Shown here: positions 1-9,234 of the stretch, one piece after another
How positions within the stretch are numbered: the stretch's first letter is position 1
Layout of the letters: every line of letters starts with the position of its first letter
Virus record (IMG/VR): IMGVR_UViG_3300049893_000773
Span: 1 to 64,000 of that record
Strand: one strand, 5' to 3'
Length of the DNA: 64,000 nt
DNA from: a virus
Position numbers and translations under genes: made by a program
The notes under the pieces: model-generated
Database searches by the model: none
What the model was told of the DNA's origin: nothing
What the model saw: only the letters and a program-made list of their open reading frames with translations

Positions 1-837
1 ACCTTCATGATCCCTGGGGCAGATGATTATGCTGTTTCTGGCAGTCCATTCTCTGTGACCCAGAGCTTCGATGCCCCCTACAAGGTTGCAACCACCCAGT
101 TCGTTAATGACCTCGGGTCAGTTACACCTGGATTTGTAACCCTGCGAGATTACCTCCCAATTGGGCTTTTCCAGGTAGCTGGGCAGAACTCGACGGGTTC
201 GATTGTGGACAGCCTGAACGGTATCAGTCCTGATGATCTCAGCCTCCGTCCAAGCACCACGGGCCGGTACACGATCCTTCAAAGGACCGGGGACAACAGC
301 TCGAACCAAGTCGTCTTCTTCAACATTCCCAATCTGTACTATGGAATGAAGATCGAACCTGGGAGCCTTGTTCTGCGGGATACCAGCTTCTCTGGGTCCG
401 CGGGCAAGATGGAGTTCACCATCCGAGATGATGGAGAGGGTAACCTCTACCGTTCCAACACTTCTGGTTCCTCTCCTGATTGGGCGAGCCTGGGAAATGT
501 GTTCTACAACGAGGGTGTGGTCCTCTTGAAACACCCATCCTTGTACTTCTTCGGGAAAGATCAGTTCGAACTGACCTTCCAGGGACACCAGAACACCCAC
601 ATCTTGACCTTCAACCTTGCCAAGCGTGCTCAGATGGTAGTTTCTTCAAGTAGCCCCAACTACTTGCCGGTTTCTGCCTCGGATAATGCCAATGACACGG
701 ACCAGCGCTTCGTCTATATCACAGGTATCAACCTGCATGATGACAACCTGAACGTGATCACCCGTACAGCTTTGGCTCAACCAATTGTTGCAAGGACGGG
801 GGACAAATTCCTGTTCAAGGTCAGGATGGACTTCTAA
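1..837 (+). CDS. Virion structural protein (baseplate/tail-associated), 5'-truncated by the window edge
   Basis: Frame is open from base 1. Ser/Thr/Gly-rich. The C-terminus YITGINLHDDNLNVITRTALAQPI...FKVRMDF resembles termini of large-myovirus baseplate/tail-collar proteins. Confidence 0.55.
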   Translation, partial: TFMIPGADDYAVSGSPFSVTQSFDAPYKVATTQFVNDLGSVTPGFVTLRDYLPIGLFQVAGQNSTGSIVDSLNGISPDDLSLRPSTTGRYTILQRTGDNSSNQVVFFNIPNLYYGMKIEPGSLVLRDTSFSGSAGKMEFTIRDDGEGNLYRSNTSGSSPDWASLGNVFYNEGVVLLKHPSLYFFGKDQFELTFQGHQNTHILTFNLAKRAQMVVSSSSPNYLPVSASDNANDTDQRFVYITGINLHDDNLNVITRTALAQPIVARTGDKFLFKVRMDF

Positions 838-1214
838 AAGTCCATGTAGTCGTCGTAGCCATTCATCACGCTGTCTTCGGCCACTGCCACTTCGGCCTTG
901 CGGATCAATTCCTCTTCGCTGAGAGTTGGCTCCCCCATCTCCATGCGGATATGGTTCTCTTGGGCAAGAAGCTCCACAACGGAGATTGGTGTCCCATCAA
1001 GGGCAAATTCATCAATCTCGATCTCCTCGGGTTCTTCTGGAGACATGTATGTCCCCTTTCTCCCAGGAATGATCCGAGCAGAGACTTGCACCGGGCCAAC
1101 TTCAAGTCCTTGCATGGTCACGGTCACATAGCCTTTGCCAGCAATCATTTCGTGGAGACTACGCTTCACTGCTTCGTGGATCAAGGTTGCTAGCTGCTTT
1201 TTCGTTGTTTTCAT
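834..1214 (-). CDS. Hypothetical protein with N-terminal helix tag (possible internal head protein)
   Basis: Start moved to the ATG at 1214 (MKTTKKQLATLIHEAVKRSLHE), 8 nt downstream of a minus-strand TAGTTA motif at 1223-1228. Confidence 0.55.
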   Translation of the reverse strand: MKTTKKQLATLIHEAVKRSLHEMIAGKGYVTVTMQGLEVGPVQVSARIIPGRKGTYMSPEEPEEIEIDEFALDGTPISVVELLAQENHIRMEMGEPTLSEEELIRKAEVAVAEDSVMNGYDDYMDF

Positions 1215-1315
1215 TTCTTTTCTAACTATCCCCCTTCCTTCCTCTCTATGGTTATCTTCCACTGTGAAAAGAGTTCTCATTTTCCTTTGCTGCCTCCCTC
1301 AGCCATACTCCCATC

Positions 1316-1819
1316 ATGGTCACTCCCATCAAGAAGAAGAGAAAAAGGAAAAAGCGGTACAAGACAGGTGTCCACAAGAGCCCAAAGTGTGCCACCCCCA
1401 TTGAATACCGCTCAGGGTGGGAGAAAGAGGTCTGCATCTTCCTGGACAACGATCCCAATGTCGTTGAATACGGGTATGAGTGCGTAACCATTCCATACGT
1501 CTCCAACGCTCGGACAGGCAAGATCCGCACCTACTACCCGGACTTCTTGGTCACCTACAAGGATGGGACAAAAAAGCTCATCGAGGTGAAAAGACGAGAC
1601 AAATTGGCCGATCCCAAGGTACTAAAGAAGGCGAAAGCGGCAGAAGAATGGGCAAAAAGGCAAAACATCGCGTACGAGTTCTGGACGAACACGATCATCA
1701 TGGCTCTGAAGAAGCTGAACCATGCGAACGACCCGCCGAAGCCAAGGAAGCCTCGGAAGCGTCGATCCGTGAAGAAAGCGTCGATCCCCCGCACGAGGAA
1801 GGCGAGGAAACGATCGTAG
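1316..1819 (+). CDS. Head completion nuclease, T4 gp4-like (TnsA N-terminal PD-(D/E)xK fold)
   Basis: YRSGWE...LDNDPNV...IPY...YYPDFLV...LIEVK motifs. Confidence 0.8.
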   Translation: MVTPIKKKRKRKKRYKTGVHKSPKCATPIEYRSGWEKEVCIFLDNDPNVVEYGYECVTIPYVSNARTGKIRTYYPDFLVTYKDGTKKLIEVKRRDKLADPKVLKKAKAAEEWAKRQNIAYEFWTNTIIMALKKLNHANDPPKPRKPRKRRSVKKASIPRTRKARKRS

Positions 1820-2367
1820 ACCTTGGGTTGGACATCTCCACGTCCATTACGGGTGTGGCTCTCCTGGACACCTCTGGCTCGATGGTATTCATGAGCCACG
1901 TTCCCTTGACTTCCAAGAAGTACACCAACCTCTTCCAGAAGGCTGACGCCGTTCTGGAGTGGATGAAGGAACAGCTCCCGAAGAAGATCAAGGTACGACG
2001 CATCTTTGTCGAGGCCAACGCCAAGGGTTTCTCTGCTGGGTTCTCCTCGGCTGACACCCTGTTCACCTTGGCGAAGATGAACGTCTTGGTCAGCTATTTG
2101 AGCCACAAGCACTTTGGAGTGCCGGTTCACGACGTGAATGTAACCTCCGCTCGCTCCAAGATTGGGTACAAAGACAACCGCTCCATCAAGCGCCCAGTGA
2201 AAGAGAAAGTCCGGGAGTTCGTCCTCCTATGCTACCCGGATCTCCCATTTGAAACCAGGGAGGTCAAGGTGGGAAAGAAGAAGGGGACAAGAGTGCCTGT
2301 GGCAGGTGCGGCTGATGAAATTGATGCCTGGGTCATTTGCCGAGGCGGTCAACTTACTGTAGCGTAG
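1813..2367 (+). CDS. RuvC-like Holliday junction resolvase
   Basis: LGLDISTSITGVALL (first catalytic Asp), IFVE, ADEIDAWVI. Start is uncertain (ATC 1813 or TTG 1828). Confidence 0.75.
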   Translation: MVDLGLDISTSITGVALLDTSGSMVFMSHVPLTSKKYTNLFQKADAVLEWMKEQLPKKIKVRRIFVEANAKGFSAGFSSADTLFTLAKMNVLVSYLSHKHFGVPVHDVNVTSARSKIGYKDNRSIKRPVKEKVREFVLLCYPDLPFETREVKVGKKKGTRVPVAGAADEIDAWVICRGGQLTVA

Positions 2368-2373
2368 CAACGC

Positions 2374-3396
2374 ATGGCCTCACAGAGAGAAATCATCGAA
2401 TTCATCGAAAATGCATTTGGTACGGGTACGCTTTCAAATGGCGGCTTGAACATCTCTGTTGTATGCCCTATCTGTGCGGAACGTCAAGATAATCTCCAAA
2501 AGAGGAAGCTGGTTATCCGCACGGATGACTTCTTGACCCATTGCTGGGTGTGTGGGTATCGGTCCACCAATCTCGTAAATCTACTTTCGGCCTACCATCC
2601 AGCCCTCCTCCCGGAGTACAAGAAGAAGTTTCGGATCAAAGCCCGAGAGCGCAAGCTTTGCAACTTCACCGAAACAATCAAATTGCTGGCGGAAGGTAAG
2701 GAGCCGGTCAAGAAGGAACTGAATCCGGCTCTCACTCTCCCGGCTGGATTCAAGATGCTCGCCCTGGATCTGAAGCCAAAAGACGGAATTACTCGTCGGG
2801 CACTTCAATACCTCTTCAAGCGTGGGTTGACCGAGGCAGACCTGTGGCGTTGGAAGATCGGAATTGCCACAACTCCACCCGGAGAAGGGGAACAGGACTT
2901 CCGGTACAGGGTCATCGTCCCTTCCTTTGATTCCATGGGGAAGCTCAACTTCTTTGTGGGTCGAGCCTTCCTCCCAGGATGGAAGGGACCACCCTACTCC
3001 AATCCACCCTTGAAGCGGGAGGAACTTGTCTTCAATGAATTGAACATCGACTGGACCAAGGAGCTCACCCTGGTTGAAGGTGTCTTTGACATGATCAAGG
3101 CCAATGACAACACCACCTGCATCCTGGGATCATCCTTTGATTCCTCCTATAAGCTCTTCCAGGAGATCGTACGCCATCAGACCCCCGTACTCCTTGCTCT
3201 CGATCCAGATGCCAAGGGAAAGGCGCTGAAAGCCGCCAAAGCCCTCCTGGAGTACGGAGTCACCGTCAGGTTCCTGGAGCTACCCCCAGGGATCAAAGAC
3301 GTGGGCGAATTGAAGAAGGGGGAGTTTAACACCTATTCGGAACGTGCGAAGCTCATGACGATGGAAGACTTCTTCCAGATGAAGTTGAGGGAATGA
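2374..3396 (+). CDS. DNA primase (Zn-binding domain plus TOPRIM)
   Basis: CPIC...HCWVC zinc ribbon, YLFKRGL, LVEGVFD, LALDPDA, KDVGE. Confidence 0.85.
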   Translation: MASQREIIEFIENAFGTGTLSNGGLNISVVCPICAERQDNLQKRKLVIRTDDFLTHCWVCGYRSTNLVNLLSAYHPALLPEYKKKFRIKARERKLCNFTETIKLLAEGKEPVKKELNPALTLPAGFKMLALDLKPKDGITRRALQYLFKRGLTEADLWRWKIGIATTPPGEGEQDFRYRVIVPSFDSMGKLNFFVGRAFLPGWKGPPYSNPPLKREELVFNELNIDWTKELTLVEGVFDMIKANDNTTCILGSSFDSSYKLFQEIVRHQTPVLLALDPDAKGKALKAAKALLEYGVTVRFLELPPGIKDVGELKKGEFNTYSERAKLMTMEDFFQMKLRE

Positions 3397-3399
3397 GCA

Positions 3400-3636
3400 A
3401 TGTCAAAGTGGCATAAACGTGTGATTATCCAGGGAAAACTTGGTGAGTTGTCGAAGGTGGAGGAAGAGCTGGAAGAGGCTTTTGACGCTGAGGAGCGAGG
3501 ACAAACGCTTATGCTCCTATTCGAGCTTTCCGACATCATTGGTGCTTGCGGTCTTGTTGCGGCCAAGTACGGCTTGTCGCTGGATGACCTTGTGAAGTTC
3601 TCCAAGCTCAGAAGCGAGGTGGCGAAAAATGGTTGA
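3400..3636 (+). CDS. MazG-like NTP pyrophosphohydrolase (single small domain)
   Basis: KVEEELEEAFDA...ELSDII acidic helical EExxE...ExxD pattern. Confidence 0.55.
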   Translation: MSKWHKRVIIQGKLGELSKVEEELEEAFDAEERGQTLMLLFELSDIIGACGLVAAKYGLSLDDLVKFSKLRSEVAKNG

Positions 3637-4312
3637 CCTGGACCAGTACGTGCGAAACGGCGTCTTCTTCCCGGATCACAAGCTCTCCATGCTTGAAGCG
3701 GACCTCTTCAGGGACATGGAAACGGTCTTGTGTTTCCGGGGTTTTCAATACCTTTCCGTCCCCTCGGTGGTCACCAAGGAGACCTACGAGCGGCAAGGGA
3801 CGATCCCCTGGGAGAAGGTATTCAAGATTGGAGAGGATCATGCTCTGGCCGGTTCCGCAGAACAGGGAATCCTTGAGATGTTCACCGGGAAAACGGTGGA
3901 TCGACTCAGTAAGTTTTACGCCAAGAATCAGTGTTTCAGGAATGAGAACAAGCCCTACGAGGGGTTGAAGCGTCTTCGCGAGTTCTTGAAGATGGAGCAG
4001 TTCCTCTTTGTCCCGGAGGATAGAGCCGAGGAGTTCATGGAGGAATCCATGGGGATCGTTACTGGCTTCCTACAACGTCATCACATCAAATACCGCATTG
4101 TCGATATGACCGAAAAGGACGAGGGCTACCACCTGGAGAAGAAGGACGTTGAGGTTTACACCAAGTCCTATGGCTGGCTGGAGACACACTCCTGTTCCTA
4201 CTTTGGTCATGAGCAGACAAAGCGCTTTGGCATTGACGGTGGAATGACCACGATCAGTAACACCGCAATCGCCTCTCCTCGAATCCTGGTCCCTTTCCTT
4301 GAGCGCGGATAA
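3629..4312 (+). CDS. Seryl-tRNA synthetase-like class II catalytic core lacking the N-terminal coiled-coil arm
   Basis: LAGSAEQ (TxE loop), CFRNE...GLKRLREFLKMEQF (motif 2), DVEVY...ETHSCS, ISNTAIASPRILVPFLE (motif 3). Only 227 aa. Confidence 0.75.
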   Translation: MVDLDQYVRNGVFFPDHKLSMLEADLFRDMETVLCFRGFQYLSVPSVVTKETYERQGTIPWEKVFKIGEDHALAGSAEQGILEMFTGKTVDRLSKFYAKNQCFRNENKPYEGLKRLREFLKMEQFLFVPEDRAEEFMEESMGIVTGFLQRHHIKYRIVDMTEKDEGYHLEKKDVEVYTKSYGWLETHSCSYFGHEQTKRFGIDGGMTTISNTAIASPRILVPFLERG

Positions 4313-4360
4313 ACTCAGCTAGGATCGTGGTATACTCTCTTCTTCGGACAGAAGTAAACC

Positions 4361-7300
4361 ATGAAAATTGCTCACATTTCCGACATTCACTGGATGGGAC
4401 TCTCGCGACACGAGGAGTACACTCGGGCTTTCACAATCCTGTTCTCCAAGCTTCGTGAGATCCGACCCGATGCAATCTTCCTGGGGGGAGATTACTTCCA
4501 CACCAAGACTTCTGGCATCTCCCCCGAGGTGATCGACCGTCTTGCCTGGATGTTCAAGTCCTTTGGGGATATTGCTCCGACGCATGCTATCCTTGGCAAC
4601 CACGATGGTAACCTCGCCAACGAAAGCAGGGAAGATGCCATTTCGCCTATTGTGAAGGCGATGGACTACGACAGGGTAAAACTCTACAAGGGTTCCACCG
4701 AAGTGGACATTGGAGACTTCAACTCAGCCGAGGTTTGCCTTTGCGTGTTCTCTTGCTTCGATAAATCCGGCTGGAACGAGGTTTGCCCGGTTGAAGGGGC
4801 TATCAACATCGCTGCATTCCATGGCTCCGTTGGTGGATCGACCATGGACAATGGCTGGATCATGCCGGATGCCAAGGCAGAGGTCCAACTCTCGATGTTC
4901 GATGGTTACGACTTCGTACTCCTGGGAGACATTCACAAGCGTCAGTTCCTTGCCGAGAGACGGGACAAGAATGGGGTGATGAAGCCTTACGCAGCCTATC
5001 CCGGCTCCTTGATTCAGCAGAATCATGGGGAGGATGAGGTCAAGGGTTTCCTTTTGTGGGATATTCGGGCAAAAGATGACTGGGACGTTGAGTTCATCGA
5101 AATTCCCAACTCCCAACCATTCTTGACGATCCCATGGATGGGGTCCGCTCAAGAGACCGCCGATGCCGTTTCGGCTGTTCGAGGCAAGATCCTCCCAGGC
5201 TCTCGGTTCAGGGTGGATTCGGTTGCTCCCTTGCTTTCCGCCGAACAGCGTCAGGTGGAACAACTCTTGCTCCAGGCATTCAAGGCCGAGTCGGTGTGCT
5301 TCCAATCGAAGCTCAAGAACCGTTATGACTCAGTGACCACCGGAGAAACAACGGTTAAGAAGTCGTCCCTGCGGAACAGTCCCGACGTGATGCGTGCGCT
5401 CTACGCTCAATTCCTTAATGGGAATGTCAAGAAGTTCCCGCTTTCTCCAGAGCAAGTTGAGCTTGGGAACGCTTTGATTGACAAGTTCATGGTCAAGGCA
5501 AAGGACACCGAGAAGGAGACCGTCCGTGATGTTTCATGGAGCCTGAAGAGCATCGAGTTCGACAACCTGTATCGGTATGGCCCAGGCAACAAGTTGAATC
5601 TTGAGGTCCTTGATGGCGTGGTTGGCGTATTCGGCAAGAACAAGACAGGCAAGAGCAGCCTTGTGGGTGCCCTCCTCTACACCCTTTTCAATGGCTCGGA
5701 TCGAGATGGGATTACACGCAACGGCCACATTATGAATCAGTCCAAGAACCACTGCCAAGCGAAGGCTGTGATCAGTGTTGACGGGACGGATTACGTGATT
5801 GAACGCAGTTCTGCCCGTACAGAGCTTCCAAAGAAGGGAAAGAAGTCCGGGGAGCAATTCGACCCAGAGAAGACGGAAACCAAGCTGTCTTTCTACCGCC
5901 TTACACCGTCTGGAAGGGTGGAACTGAATGGCATCAACCGAGAGGACACCGACAAGGCTATCAGGAGGCTGCTGGGGAGCCCAGATGACTTCCTGGCCAC
6001 CTCCGTGGCAACCCAAAGACGCATGGAATCCTTCATTGATGAAGGACCGACGGCAAGAAAGACGATCCTCAATCGCTTTCTGGACCTGGAGGTCTTTGAG
6101 ACGCTTCATTCCTATGCAAAAGAGGAAACAGCGTCCTTGACAGCAAAGATGGCGGCTCTCCCTCTGATGGACCAAGAGGAGGGTGAGGCGTTGAATGACA
6201 AAATTGCCGAGCTTGAGAAGGACATCTCAAACATCGACAACGACCTCGTTGAATTTCGAGCTTTGGACGCTCAACAGCAAGGTTGGTTGGCGAAGAATGA
6301 CACCCTTCACATCAACCGGAACCTGAACGCCCTTCGGGAGGAACTCGCCCAGAAGAAGCAACTCTTGAGCAAGTACAAGGTCCAGCGGGTCACGTTTGCC
6401 CAGAATGTGGCAGCTATGAAGGAGAATATCGCTGCTTTCTCGGCCAAGATCGAGCGCACCAATCCAGCGGAATTCACGGATGGCGTCAAGAGGTTGGCCG
6501 AGTTGACAGCCAAGTTCAACACGACTGACGGCTTGGTTCGTGAGGTGTCCGATCGCCTTCAGAACCAGGAAAAGAACGTGCGGAAGCTGTCCTTGGTTCC
6601 GTGCGGGGACAGCTTTCCTGAGTGCCGGTACATCAAGGATGCCCATGAAGACAAGAAGATCCTGGGCAACACACAGCAAAAGCTGGCCGAACTCTCTTCT
6701 GTCCTCAAGGAATTGACGGAAGCCGTGAAGGCAGAGAAGGAGCAGCGTTTTGCTGAGAAGCTTTTGCAGTACAACGAGGCAAAGTCGAAGCTTCAACTCC
6801 TTGAGGCCAATCTCAAGACCGAGGAAGCCAAACTTCAATCTCTGGACAACCTGGAGGTTGTAGCAGCGGAAGCCGTGGCCCGTTTGATCCCCCAGGTGGA
6901 AGAGCTTGAGGCGGAACTCAACACCTACAACCTGGAAGCCATCAAGGAAATGGAACGCAAGTGCCGAGAGTTGAAGGATAAGCTAGCCTTCATGGAGCGG
7001 CAGAAGGGAGCCAACGTTGCCCTGCTTGCCAAGCTCCAGGTTCGTCAAGAAATGATGGAAAAGGCCGCTGTTGATCGAGAGGCTCTTGCGAAGGAATTGA
7101 AGGTTCTGGAGTCTGTCCAGGCTGCTTTTCACCGAAATGGCATCCCGGCAATTGTCCTGAAGACTCAACTCCCTGCGATCAATCAGGAAATTGACCAACT
7201 CCTTGGAGGGTTGGTGGACTTCCGCATCATCTTCGAGACGGAACCCGGCTCCAACTCCCTTGACATCCTGATTGAGGATGGTCATTCCAAGAGGCCATTG

Positions 7301-7579
7301 GAGCTTGGTTCTGGCATGGAAAAGATGATCGCTTCCATTGCGATCAGGGTTGCCCTGGTCAACCTCTCCAACCTGCCCAAGGCCGACATCTTCATTATCG
7401 ACGAGGGCTTCAATGCCCTGGATGAGGAGCACGTTGGCAAGTGCCTGGAGCTTCTCCAGGGACTCAAGCAGCACTTCAAGACCATCCTGGTGATCTCTCA
7501 CATGCAGCGGGTTAAAGAGGCATCTGATTCGATCATCGAGGTGGTTTCGACAGGTATGGATTCAAGGATTGAGGCGTAA
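4361..7579 (+). CDS. Fused SbcD/Mre11 nuclease - SbcC/Rad50 ATPase (T4 gp47+gp46-like)
   Basis: HISDIH, GGD, GNHD, FHG and LGDIH metallophosphoesterase motifs, then Walker A GKNKTGKSS, a long coiled coil, signature LGSGME and Walker B FIIDEGF, all in one frame. Confidence 0.9.
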   Translation: MKIAHISDIHWMGLSRHEEYTRAFTILFSKLREIRPDAIFLGGDYFHTKTSGISPEVIDRLAWMFKSFGDIAPTHAILGNHDGNLANESREDAISPIVKAMDYDRVKLYKGSTEVDIGDFNSAEVCLCVFSCFDKSGWNEVCPVEGAINIAAFHGSVGGSTMDNGWIMPDAKAEVQLSMFDGYDFVLLGDIHKRQFLAERRDKNGVMKPYAAYPGSLIQQNHGEDEVKGFLLWDIRAKDDWDVEFIEIPNSQPFLTIPWMGSAQETADAVSAVRGKILPGSRFRVDSVAPLLSAEQRQVEQLLLQAFKAESVCFQSKLKNRYDSVTTGETTVKKSSLRNSPDVMRALYAQFLNGNVKKFPLSPEQVELGNALIDKFMVKAKDTEKETVRDVSWSLKSIEFDNLYRYGPGNKLNLEVLDGVVGVFGKNKTGKSSLVGALLYTLFNGSDRDGITRNGHIMNQSKNHCQAKAVISVDGTDYVIERSSARTELPKKGKKSGEQFDPEKTETKLSFYRLTPSGRVELNGINREDTDKAIRRLLGSPDDFLATSVATQRRMESFIDEGPTARKTILNRFLDLEVFETLHSYAKEETASLTAKMAALPLMDQEEGEALNDKIAELEKDISNIDNDLVEFRALDAQQQGWLAKNDTLHINRNLNALREELAQKKQLLSKYKVQRVTFAQNVAAMKENIAAFSAKIERTNPAEFTDGVKRLAELTAKFNTTDGLVREVSDRLQNQEKNVRKLSLVPCGDSFPECRYIKDAHEDKKILGNTQQKLAELSSVLKELTEAVKAEKEQRFAEKLLQYNEAKSKLQLLEANLKTEEAKLQSLDNLEVVAAEAVARLIPQVEELEAELNTYNLEAIKEMERKCRELKDKLAFMERQKGANVALLAKLQVRQEMMEKAAVDREALAKELKVLESVQAAFHRNGIPAIVLKTQLPAINQEIDQLLGGLVDFRIIFETEPGSNSLDILIEDGHSKRPLELGSGMEKMIASIAIRVALVNLSNLPKADIFIIDEGFNALDEEHVGKCLELLQGLKQHFKTILVISHMQRVKEASDSIIEVVSTGMDSRIEA

Positions 7580-7581
7580 CC

Positions 7582-8034
7582 ATGTACTTCAAATGTCGAT
7601 ATTGCCACAAAGACATTGTAGGATCGGACAACAGAGCCCACATCTACTACCGAGGTGATGACTCTGACGATCCCGAGCCGTACTACTTTGTTCATGTTGC
7701 CTGCTCAAAAGCGCATATTGCTTCGATCTCTGGGAGCAGCAGCAGCCATGAACATGACTCCGGGGAGATTGCCTGCACCTTCTGCAAGAAGGGGGTTACC
7801 GGCGAGGCTTTGATCAGGTACAAGTACGAGGACCACTACGTGGATGAGACCCTCGTCTTCCATCGCACCTGTGAGAAGCCTTATCGCCTTTTCCAGGCCG
7901 GAAAAGTCCATCAGTGTCCCAAGTGCGAGGGACTTGGATTCATCATGGTCAACAATAGCACCTGTAAGCTTTGTGAAGGGGATGGCATGCTGGAGAAGCC
8001 CGCAATCCCCATTGATTGGAAGAAGGCCCCGTGA
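7582..8034 (+). CDS. Cys/His-rich zinc-binding hypothetical protein
   Basis: Two CxxC...HxxC units plus two DnaJ-type CxxCxGxG repeats. Confidence 0.55.
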   Translation: MYFKCRYCHKDIVGSDNRAHIYYRGDDSDDPEPYYFVHVACSKAHIASISGSSSSHEHDSGEIACTFCKKGVTGEALIRYKYEDHYVDETLVFHRTCEKPYRLFQAGKVHQCPKCEGLGFIMVNNSTCKLCEGDGMLEKPAIPIDWKKAP

Positions 8035-8489
8035 ACATCTTCTTGCTCGATCAGGACCCAGTACAAGCAGCGAGATACCACTTTGATCGTCATGTGGTTA
8101 AGATGACGGTTGAAACAGCCCAGTTGCTCTCGAATTGCGTTGAGTATCAAGACGGCAAGACCTACCGTCACAGCCACGAGAAGCACCCCTGCACTCTATG
8201 GGTAAAGGAGAGTCCGGTTCACTTCTGGTGGCTCTTCTACTTTGGTTTGGCTCTTGGAGAGGAGTACACCTTCCGGTACGGCAAGAAGCATTCTTCCGTT
8301 GCTGTTATCGAGGAATGCGGCAAGCACATGGTTCACTCAGCCGGTGTGCCCTCTTACTTCGTCCAGGTGATGCCTGACGAGTGCAAGGTCCCTGGGAATA
8401 CTGTCCAAGCATACCGGAACCTCTACATGGGACCAAAGCGTAGTCTTGCCAAATGGAAGAAGCGAGACACTCCCTGGTGGTGGGTCTAA
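8031..8489 (+). CDS. Pyrimidine-dimer DNA glycosylase family protein (DenV-like)
   Basis: MNIFLLD...DRHVVKMTVETAQLL, HPCTLW, EYTFRYGKKH, AYRNLY, PWW. GTG start overlaps the upstream stop. Confidence 0.75.
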   Translation: MNIFLLDQDPVQAARYHFDRHVVKMTVETAQLLSNCVEYQDGKTYRHSHEKHPCTLWVKESPVHFWWLFYFGLALGEEYTFRYGKKHSSVAVIEECGKHMVHSAGVPSYFVQVMPDECKVPGNTVQAYRNLYMGPKRSLAKWKKRDTPWWWV

Positions 8490-8498
8490 CATTCCAGC

Positions 8499-8789
8499 AT
8501 GTCAACTTGGACTCCCTTTGATTCCTACCGAGAGATGAAAGTCCTCCTGGATGGCAAGATCCTTGTCATCCGTCCATCCGATGTGGCTACGGTCGTGCCC
8601 CTTTTCTGTCCTCTTTGTGGTGTTTCTATGAAGACCTCGGACGATTCGATCGCCTATCGGAAAGCTCAGTGCTGCGATAAGTGCTTTTTGGCCTGCAAGG
8701 GAGACAAAGCCTTCTTGACAGAAGAACAGTGGGCGGAATACTTGGAAGACCGTCGAAACACGCCGCGTTCCCTATTTAAGCTGAAGTAA
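8499..8789 (+). CDS. Hypothetical protein with Cys motifs
   Basis: ORF in operon context; CPLC...CCDKC. Confidence 0.55.
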   Translation: MSTWTPFDSYREMKVLLDGKILVIRPSDVATVVPLFCPLCGVSMKTSDDSIAYRKAQCCDKCFLACKGDKAFLTEEQWAEYLEDRRNTPRSLFKLK

Positions 8790-8798
8790 TAGGGAAAC

Positions 8799-9197
8799 AT
8801 GGTAGAAGACTTCGATAAATACATGGCCCTGAGCAAGGTCCTGAACAACTCCTGGGGCACTGGTTCCCAGCTCAAGAGCCAATCTCAGTCGATCAAGTTT
8901 CAACTACGAGACGACCAGATGATGAAGGCTAACTTGGTCATGATCGTCAACATGCCAAATAACCCTAAAACGGCTGTTGAGTTCAAACAACGCTACAAGA
9001 ACGAGGCCCTTGGCAAGCTCAAGAGCGCTGTCGAGGACCTGAAAGAGCGTTTTGCCAAGCAAAATGACGGGAAATCCGTGTCCTTCAGACTGCTCGACTC
9101 CTCTGTTCAGGAGGGGATCGAGTACCTGACAAATGCCCAATACACGCCAACTTTGCGGGCTTATTTCAGACTGCATTGCCTGTTTGCCGTTGATTGA
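8799..9197 (+). CDS. Hypothetical protein upstream of terminase
   Basis: ORF with AGGGA RBS, preceded by TATTTA at 8773-8778. Confidence 0.6.
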   Translation: MVEDFDKYMALSKVLNNSWGTGSQLKSQSQSIKFQLRDDQMMKANLVMIVNMPNNPKTAVEFKQRYKNEALGKLKSAVEDLKERFAKQNDGKSVSFRLLDSSVQEGIEYLTNAQYTPTLRAYFRLHCLFAVD

Positions 9198-9234
9198 CCA
9201 GAAAAAGGCAAATTGACTTGCTAGTTAAAGTCAA

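Noticed and set aside
1480-1812. 111-aa N-terminal extension of the RuvC-like ORF in the ORF track
   Set aside because: It lies entirely within the gp4-like gene in another frame and reads as low-information sequence.
1316-1819. TnsA-like nuclease suggesting a Tn7-type transposon
   Set aside because: No TnsB/TnsC or terminal repeats were seen; the same fold is the T4 gp4 head-completion protein, which fits the context.
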